Source: Anaerolineae bacterium
GTDB taxonomy: Bacteria > Chloroflexota > Anaerolineae > S140-20
Assembly (NCBI GenBank): GCA_027021705.1
Contig: JALUTT010000068.1
Location: 1 to 11,250, forward strand
Direction: 5' to 3'
Length of the DNA stretch: 11,250 bases
The position numbers and the translations under genes are program-made. This document shows positions 7,901-11,250 of this stretch, in pieces. The notes under the pieces are model-generated. The model worked only from the letters and a program-made list of their open reading frames with translations, ran no database searches and had not been told where the DNA came from. Each line of letters begins with the position of its first letter. Position 1 is the first letter of the stretch.

Positions 7901-10198
7901 CCCGTACAGCCGTTCGGGGTCCAGCAGCCACTCGCGGGGGCAGAGGACCAGCCGGCCGCCGGAGCAGAGGGCGCGGACCAGGTCGCCGGAGAAGACGTCG
8001 AAGGCGAAGTTGGCCATCTGGAGGTGGGTGCGCACGGAGCGCAACCGGTAGGAGGCTTCCCAGCCCCGGTAGGCGTTGACCAGGCTGCGGTGCTCGATCA
8101 TCACCCCCTTGGACTGCCCCGTCGAGCCGGAGGTGTAGATCAGGTAGGCCAGGTTGGTGGGGGAGACGGGGACCTCCGGGTTGGTGTCCGGCTCGTCGGC
8201 GAAGGGGGTCCAGTCGTCCAGGTTGAGGGTGACGAGGTCTGAGGGCTGAGGTCTGAGGGCTGAGGGCTGAGTGATGAGGTCCGAGGGCCGAGTGGCGAGG
8301 GATGCCTCGGCCCCCGGTGCCTCATCCCTCGTTGCCTCGGTCGCCTCATCCCTCGGTGCCTCCATCCTGAGAGGAAGGCGGGGCAGGGTGTTGCTGTCGG
8401 TGAGAAGGATGGCGACGCCGGCGTCGTCCAGCATGTAGGCCAACCGCTCCGGCGGGTAGAGGGGGTCGAGGGGGAGGTAGGCGCCGCCGGCCTTGAGGAC
8501 GCCCAAGACGCCGACGATCATCTCCAGGGAACGCTCGACGCAGATGCCGACCACCGTCTCCGGCCCGACGCCCCGTTTGCGCAGGTGGTGGGCCAGTTGG
8601 TTGGCCCGCCGGTTCAGTTCGCCGTAGGTGAGCCGTGCGTCCGGCCCGCCCTCTGTCGAGGGGAGGACGACGGCGACGGCGTCGGGCGTCCGCTCGGCCT
8701 GGGCCTCGATGAGCTGGTGGACGCAGAGGTCCTGGGGATGGTCGGTGGCGGTGTCGTTCCACTCGACGAGCAACTGCTGCCGCTCGGCCTCGGTCAGCAG
8801 CGGCAGCTCGGCGATGGGCCGGTCGGGGTCGGCGGCAATGGCCTCCAGCAGGGTCTGGAAGTGGTCCAGCATCCGCCGGATGGTGGCAGCGTCGAAGAGG
8901 TCGGTGTTGTACTCCACCGAGGCCTCCAGCCCATCCGGCCCCTCGGCCATCGAGAGGGTCAGGTCGAAGGTAGAGGTGCCGGGGTGGGTCTCCACCTGGC
9001 TCAGGGTCAGGCCGGGCAGCTCCTGGCCCTGCACCGGCGCGTTCTGGAGGATGAACATCACCTGGAAGAGGGGGGTGTGGCTCATATCCCGCTCCGGCTG
9101 GAGGGCGTCCACCAGCATCTCGAAGGGGAGGTCCTGGTGGGCGTAGGCCCCCAGCGTCACCTCCCGCACCCGCTTCAGCAGGTGGCGGAAGGTGGGGTTG
9201 CCGGAGAGGTCGGTGCGCAGCACGAGGGTGTTGACGAAGAAGCCGATGATCCCCTCGATCTCGGCCCGGTTGCGATTGGCGATGGGGGTGCCGACGCTGA
9301 TCTTCTCCTGGCCAGTGTAGCGGTGGAGCAGGGTCTGGAAGGCGGCCAGGAGGGTCATGAAGAGGGTCACCCCCTCCTCCCGGCTGAGGGCCTGGAGGGC
9401 GTCGGCCAGTTCCTTCGACAGCTTCCGCGACAGGACGGCCCCGTTGTTCGTGTAGATGGGCGGGCGAGGCCGGTCGGTGGGCAGTTCCAGGATGCCCGGG
9501 TCGTCGCCGAGTTGCTGCTTCCAGTAGGCCAGTTGCTCCTCCAGGACCTCGCCCTGGAGCCATTCCCGCTGCCAGACGGCGAAGTCGGCGTACTGGATGG
9601 GCAGCTCCGGCAGCGGCGAGGGCTTGCCGGCCGAGAAGGCGGTGTAGAGGGCCGTCAGCTCCCCGATGAAGACGCCGATGGACCAGCCGTCGCAGATGAT
9701 GTGGTGCATGGTCAGGAGGAACAGGTACTCCTCCTCGTCCAGCCACAACAAGGTGGTCCTCAGCAGGGGGCCTCGGGAGAGGTCGAAGGGGCGTTTGGCC
9801 TCTTCCTGGGCCAAGCGCATCGCTTCCGCCTCCCGCTCAGCCTCGGGCAGGTGCCGCAGGTCCACGATGGGAAGCGGCAGGGTAAGCGAGGGGGAGATGA
9901 CCTGCATGGGTTCCCCATCCAGGGCGGTGAAGGTGGTGCGCAGGCTCTCGTGGCGGCGGACGATCTCGTTGAGGGTGCGCTCCAGCGCCACCACGTCGAG
10001 CCGGCCGCTAAGGCGCACGGCGGTGGGGACGTTGTAGAAGGGGCTGCCGGGCTCGAACTGGTCGAGGAACCAGAGCCGCTGCTGGGCGAAGGAGACGGGA
10101 AAGACGTAGACTTCCTCTTCCGCGATCTCCTGGTCAGTCTCGACAACCATCGGCAGGTCATAGGGAGGCGATTGCGTCATGGCTTTCTCCTCGTGCAT
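1928..10198 (-). CDS. Dimodular NRPS, C-A-T-C-A-T-E-COM(donor); predicted substrates Orn (or related diamino acid) and D-Phe. True start may be ATG at 10180
   Basis: 2756-aa ORF. C motifs HHIICDG and HHTVSDG; A motifs YTSGSTG, YRTGDL, QVKVRG(Y/F)RIELGEIE, (N/S)GKVDR each twice; PCP motifs GGHSLL and GGDSIL (the latter typical of a PCP before an E domain); E motifs HHLAVDGVSW, EGHGRE, RTVGWFT; C-terminal YTPSDF. Approximate spans: C1 10100-8800, A1 8730-7085, T1 7040-6830, C2 6750-5450, A2 5370-3690, T2 3650-3445, E 3385-2030. Confidence 0.97.
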   Translation of the reverse strand: MHEEKAMTQSPPYDLPMVVETDQEIAEEEVYVFPVSFAQQRLWFLDQFEPGSPFYNVPTAVRLSGRLDVVALERTLNEIVRRHESLRTTFTALDGEPMQVISPSLTLPLPIVDLRHLPEAEREAEAMRLAQEEAKRPFDLSRGPLLRTTLLWLDEEEYLFLLTMHHIICDGWSIGVFIGELTALYTAFSAGKPSPLPELPIQYADFAVWQREWLQGEVLEEQLAYWKQQLGDDPGILELPTDRPRPPIYTNNGAVLSRKLSKELADALQALSREEGVTLFMTLLAAFQTLLHRYTGQEKISVGTPIANRNRAEIEGIIGFFVNTLVLRTDLSGNPTFRHLLKRVREVTLGAYAHQDLPFEMLVDALQPERDMSHTPLFQVMFILQNAPVQGQELPGLTLSQVETHPGTSTFDLTLSMAEGPDGLEASVEYNTDLFDAATIRRMLDHFQTLLEAIAADPDRPIAELPLLTEAERQQLLVEWNDTATDHPQDLCVHQLIEAQAERTPDAVAVVLPSTEGGPDARLTYGELNRRANQLAHHLRKRGVGPETVVGICVERSLEMIVGVLGVLKAGGAYLPLDPLYPPERLAYMLDDAGVAILLTDSNTLPRLPLRMEAPRDEATEATRDEAPGAEASLATRPSDLITQPSALRPQPSDLVTLNLDDWTPFADEPDTNPEVPVSPTNLAYLIYTSGSTGQSKGVMIEHRSLVNAYRGWEASYRLRSVRTHLQMANFAFDVFSGDLVRALCSGGRLVLCPREWLLDPERLYGLMRREGVECAEFVPAVLRHLIQYLDETGERLDFMRLLICGSDSWYVSEYRQFLRFCGPETRLINSFGLTEATIDSCFFEGSAMDLSGEQVVPIGRPFANVRLYILDDHLQPVPVGVPGELFIGGLGVARGYHNRPELTEEKFIPDPFSDDPNARLYRTGDLARYLPDGNIEFLGRLDYQVKVRGYRIELGEIEATLGRHPAVREAAVVALEVAPGDKRLAAYIVPAGETVPTAGELRRFLQERLPDYMVPSAYVVMEALPLTPNGKVDRQALPEPEWSRRQLAGEYVAPRTPVEEVLAGIWSQVLGVEEVGVHDNFFELGGHSLLATQLVSRVREAFEIELPLRHVFECPTVATLAERIEIIRRTEAGVQAPPIRPVPRDREIPLSFAQQRLWFLDQLAPNSPLYNIPDAVRITGPLDVGVLERSLNEIVRRHEVLRTTFAAVEGRPIQVIAPELHLPLPIVDLRSLPKARREAEALRLATEEAQRPFDLARGPLIRALLLRLDEEEHIALLTVHHTVSDGWSTGVFMGEMAALYEAFAAGKPSPLPELPIQYADFAVWQREWLQGEVLERQLAYWKEQLAGLPPILELPTDRPRPAFQTFRGDYQTFTLPEELTQAIKDLCQREGVTLFMTLLAAFQTLLSRYSGQDDISVGVPIANRTRAEIEGLIGFFVNTLVMRTKLDGNPTFREVLKRVREVALGAYAHQDLPFEMLVDALQPERDMSHSPLFQVAFALQSTPARAVALPRSGLTLEPVEAHSGTAKYDLTLYMDEEGDRLSGSLEYNTDLFDADTIRRMLGHFQTLLEAVVADPDRPIAQLPLLTESEQQQMLVRWNATATDFDHDRCAHHLVEAWAARQPHAIAVTFEDQALSYAELDRRANQLAHHLQKLGVGPESLVGISTRRSPEMVIAILAVLKAGGAYLPLDPTYPPERLAFMLQDAAVSVLLVDSRGAEVAEALGNEAMRGEAPGAEADKAPRTEATEALRAEATEALRNEAPGAEASLRPQTSDLGPQTAAKTPSAKTLSATPLAAKPLTAIRLDDWSTFAGEPTTPPETSVSPDNLAYVIYTSGSTGKPKGTMLHHRGLCNLTDAQRRAFGIRPGSRILQFSPLSFDASVWETFMALANGATLCLARRETLASAPDLAALLADQAITNATLPPSMLRVLPHQGLHTLETLISAGEACTPELVERWSPGRDFFNAYGPTETTVCASMHLCADREPDGPPIGRPIANATLYILDPNLQPLPVGVPGELFIGGIGVGRGYLNRPDLTAERFIPDPFSDRPGARLYRTGDLVRFRPDGEIEFLGRIDHQVKVRGFRIELGEIEAVLEEHPALREVAVIVREDSPGDRRLVAYVVPEGETAPGVTELRHFLKEKLPDYMVPSAFVVLEALPLTPSGKVDRKALPAPEQARPDLESDFVAPRTDKEQVLAEIWAQVLGLDRVGVHDNFFELGGDSILSIQVVARANQAGLQLTPRQIFEHPTIAELAAVAGTGRVIQAEQGIVEGPVPLTPIQHWFFEQELPEPHHWNQDLLLEVRQPLDPILLEQAVGHLLAHHDALRLRFRRWGEMRERGNGATREGAAAWEQVNAGLDDQTPFTWVDLSALPTAEQGETIEALTARLQASLDLTHGPLLRVAYFDLGPDRPARLFIVIHHLAVDGVSWRILLEDLQTLYRQLSRGEPAQLPPKTTSFQHWARRLVEYAQSDEVRQELAYWLEVPSDGAARLPVDYPDGDNTEASARSVTVALSPEETQALLQEVPAAYRTEINDALLAALAQAVAKWTGSSALLVALEGHGREDLFDDVDLSRTVGWFTTLYPVRLDLTGIYDPGEALKAVKEQLRRVPRRGIGYGLLRYLCEDEEVRQQIRALPQPEISFNYLGQLDQAVPEGSPFGPAPESGGPAHSPRGKRSHRLEINGVIAGGRLQLEWTYSETLHRRSTIERLAQDFLEALRAIIAHCQSPDAVGYTPSDFAEFEWDQEDLDDIMAAISEAMG
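3162..3212. repeat. Degenerate 8-mer repeat insertion in a loop of the epimerization domain
   Basis: Coding strand reads GGGAGAGA TGAGGGAA CGAGGAAA CGGGGCGA CGCGGGAA GGGGCAGC, encoding WGEMRERGNGATREGAA between HHDALRLRF and WEQ, where E domains normally have only a short turn. Confidence 0.6.
4794..5041. repeat. In-frame short-repeat insertion in A domain 2: tagcgg 7/8-mer arm, 7-mer arm and 15/9-mer arm
   Basis: tagcgg-like units alternating 8/7 nt at ~4794-4860; six heptamers at 4860-4901; gcctc units of 15,15,9,15,9,15,9,15,15,15 nt at 4902-5033. Encodes EALGNEAMRGEAPGAEADKAPRTEATEALRAEATEALRNEAPGAEASLRPQTSDLGPQTAAKTPSAKTLSATPLAAKPLTA. Confidence 0.92.
8227..8362. repeat. In-frame short-repeat insertion in A domain 1: 7-mer arm plus 15/9-mer arm
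   Basis: Ten heptamers at 8234-8303, then gcctc units of 15,15,9,15 nt at 8304-8357. Encodes EAPRDEATEATRDEAPGAEASLATRPSDLITQPSALRPQPSDL. Confidence 0.9.
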
Positions 10199-10781
10199 AC
10201 TCTGTACCTACTCCTCCTGTGTCACCCTCCCGCAGGTCACGCGGTGCCCGGCGATGGCAACGGCTTGTCGGGAGCCGCCTGTGACCCACTTCAGCCGTGG
10301 GGGGCCTGCGGGAGGGTTGGCTTACTCTTCCTGTGTCACCCTCCCGCAGGTCACGCGGTGCCCGGCGACGGCAACGGCTTGTCGGGAGCCGCCTGTGACC
10401 CACTTCAGCCGTGGGGGGCCTGCGGGAGGGTTGGCTTACTCTTCCTGTGTCACCCTCCCGCAGGTCACGCGGTGCCCGGCGACGGCAACGGCTTGTCGGG
10501 AGCCGCCTGTGGCCCGTTTCAGCCGTGGGGGGCCTGCGGGAGGGTTGGCTTACTCCTCCTGTGTCACCCTCCCGCAGGTCACGCGGTGCCCGGCGATGGC
10601 AACGGCTTGTCGGGAGCCGCCTGTGACCCACTTCAGCCGTGGGGGGCCTGCGGGAGGGTTGGCTTACTCTTCCTGTGTCACCCTCCCGCAGGTCACGCGG
10701 TGCCCGGCGACGGCAATGGCTTGTCGGGAGCCGCCTGTGATCCACTTCAGCCGTGGGGGGCCTGCGGGAGGGTTGGCTCAT
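10158..10781 (-). CDS. Possible 207-aa repeat-encoded ORF (5 x 38 aa) spanning the tandem array; may be non-functional
   Basis: For: AGGAG RBS at 6 nt, ATGA overlap with the upstream stop, and a stop overlapping the start of the next NRPS. Against: Arg/Pro-rich shadow-like composition, no recognisable domain, and 6 of 7 variable sites change the amino acid. Confidence 0.25.
   Translation of the reverse strand: MSQPSRRPPTAEVDHRRLPTSHCRRRAPRDLREGDTGRVSQPSRRPPTAEVGHRRLPTSRCHRRAPRDLREGDTGGVSQPSRRPPTAETGHRRLPTSRCRRRAPRDLREGDTGRVSQPSRRPPTAEVGHRRLPTSRCRRRAPRDLREGDTGRVSQPSRRPPTAEVGHRRLPTSRCHRRAPRDLREGDTGGVGTEYARGESHDAIASL
10187..10192 (-). promoter_or_regulatory. Shine-Dalgarno site for the large NRPS (favours the ATG at 10180)
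   Basis: Minus strand GAGGAG-AAAGCC-ATG (6-nt spacing). The alternative ATG at 10198 has AGGAGGAG (10218-10211, supplied by the last repeat unit) 12 nt upstream. Confidence 0.65.
10209..10778. repeat. Tandem array of 5 x 114-bp near-identical units, each with a 13-bp inverted repeat and internal stems
   Basis: Units start at 10209, 10323, 10437, 10551 and 10665 (tactc[c/t]tcctgtgtc...). Each contains accctcccgcagg ... cctgcgggagggt (unit 1: 10224-10236 / 10305-10317). Only 7 variable positions, all transitions; units 1 and 4 are identical. Confidence 0.97.
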
Positions 10782-11250
10782 TGGCGTCTCCTGGTTCGAT
10801 CACCCAGAAGGGCGGACCGCTTCATCCGGCGGGCTTCTCGGGAGACCCGTCGGATGGTCGGCGCCGGCGCGACGGGGCTGCTCTTCCGTGCTTTCTCAAT
10901 CTCCTGGGCGAGCTGGGCGACGGTGGGGTGCTCGAAGAGGCTGCGGAGAGGGAGCTCCACGCCAAAGGTCTCCCGCACCCGCGAAATGAACTGGGTCGCC
11001 AGCAGGGAATGGCCGCCCAGGTCGAAGAAATTGTCGTGGACCCCCACCTGCTCGATCCCCAGGAGCTGGGCGCATATGGCGGCCAGCTTTTCCTCGGTCG
11101 GCGTGCGGGGGGCGACGTATTCTTGCTCCAGGAAGGGGCGCTCCCCTTCGGGGGCCGGCAAGGCCCGCCGATCCACCTTGCCGCCGGGGGTCCGGGGCAG
11201 CCCCTCCAGCGTCACGAAGGCGGAAGGAACCATGTAGTCGGGCAACCGCT
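10778..11250 (-). CDS. NRPS subunit, 3' end only (A-domain C-terminal subdomain, PCP, Arg-rich tail); begins upstream of the window
   Basis: ...RLPDYMVPSAFV..LPRTPGGKVDRRALP (A9/A10), YVAPRTPTEE, DNFFDLGGHSLLA (PCP serine motif), TGA at 10780-10778. The ORF-track 'start' at 11245 is an internal TTG. Confidence 0.95.
   Translation of the reverse strand, partial: RLPDYMVPSAFVTLEGLPRTPGGKVDRRALPAPEGERPFLEQEYVAPRTPTEEKLAAICAQLLGIEQVGVHDNFFDLGGHSLLATQFISRVRETFGVELPLRSLFEHPTVAQLAQEIEKARKSSPVAPAPTIRRVSREARRMKRSALLGDRTRRRQ
10788..10792 (-). promoter_or_regulatory. Shine-Dalgarno-like site preceding the ATG at 10781 that overlaps the upstream NRPS stop (ATGA)
   Basis: Minus strand AGGAG-ACGCCA-ATGA. 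Confidence 0.45.

Noticed and set aside
611..9746. Alternative-frame minus-strand ORFs (611-1651, 1941-3212, 5046-6857, 8346-9746 and smaller)
   Set aside because: Pro/Arg/Gly-rich off-frame readings nested in the NRPS CDSs, typical of high GC3.
10224..10317. Intrinsic terminators, known riboswitch or hammerhead ribozyme in the repeat unit
   Set aside because: No U-tract after the stems on either strand, and no CUGANGA/GAAA core or riboswitch consensus that I can recognise. An Rfam search is still needed.
10209..10778. CRISPR array
   Set aside because: Whole 114-bp units are near-identical; there are no unique spacers and no cas genes in the window.
10179..11237. Plus-strand 352-aa ORF with Cys/Ser/Thr-rich repeats after GG motifs (GGLA-YSSCVTLPQVTRCPATATAC), superficially a multi-core RiPP precursor
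   Set aside because: No leader peptide or convincing RBS, its last ~150 codons are antisense to a clear NRPS, and there are no modifying enzymes in view. Openness is explained by a stop-free 114-bp unit and high GC.

Overview
GC-rich window from the middle of a non-ribosomal peptide synthetase (NRPS) operon, with all real genes on the minus strand. In transcription order: (i) the 3' end of an NRPS (A-subdomain, PCP, basic tail; 10778 to >11250); (ii) an intergenic array of five 114-bp structured repeats (10209-10778); (iii) a complete ~2750-aa dimodular NRPS, C(LCL)-A-T-C(LCL)-A-T-E-COM (1928-10198), whose hand-read A-domain codes suggest Orn then D-Phe; (iv) the 5' part of a further NRPS, COM-C(DCL)-A... 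(1923 to <1), which the ORF track misses because it runs off the window. There are two unexplained layers of structure. First, all three visible A-domain cores carry, in the same loop, in-frame insertions made of short-period repeat arms (7-mer arm, quasi-inverted 15/9-mer arm), and the periodicity tracks stop-codon avoidance. Second, each 114-bp unit folds into a 3-stem structure whose G-U pairs and unit-to-unit variants favour the strand antisense to the NRPS, while the sense strand carries an RBS-led ORF coupled by an ATGA overlap across the array. No tools were run: alignments, folds and codes were read by eye.
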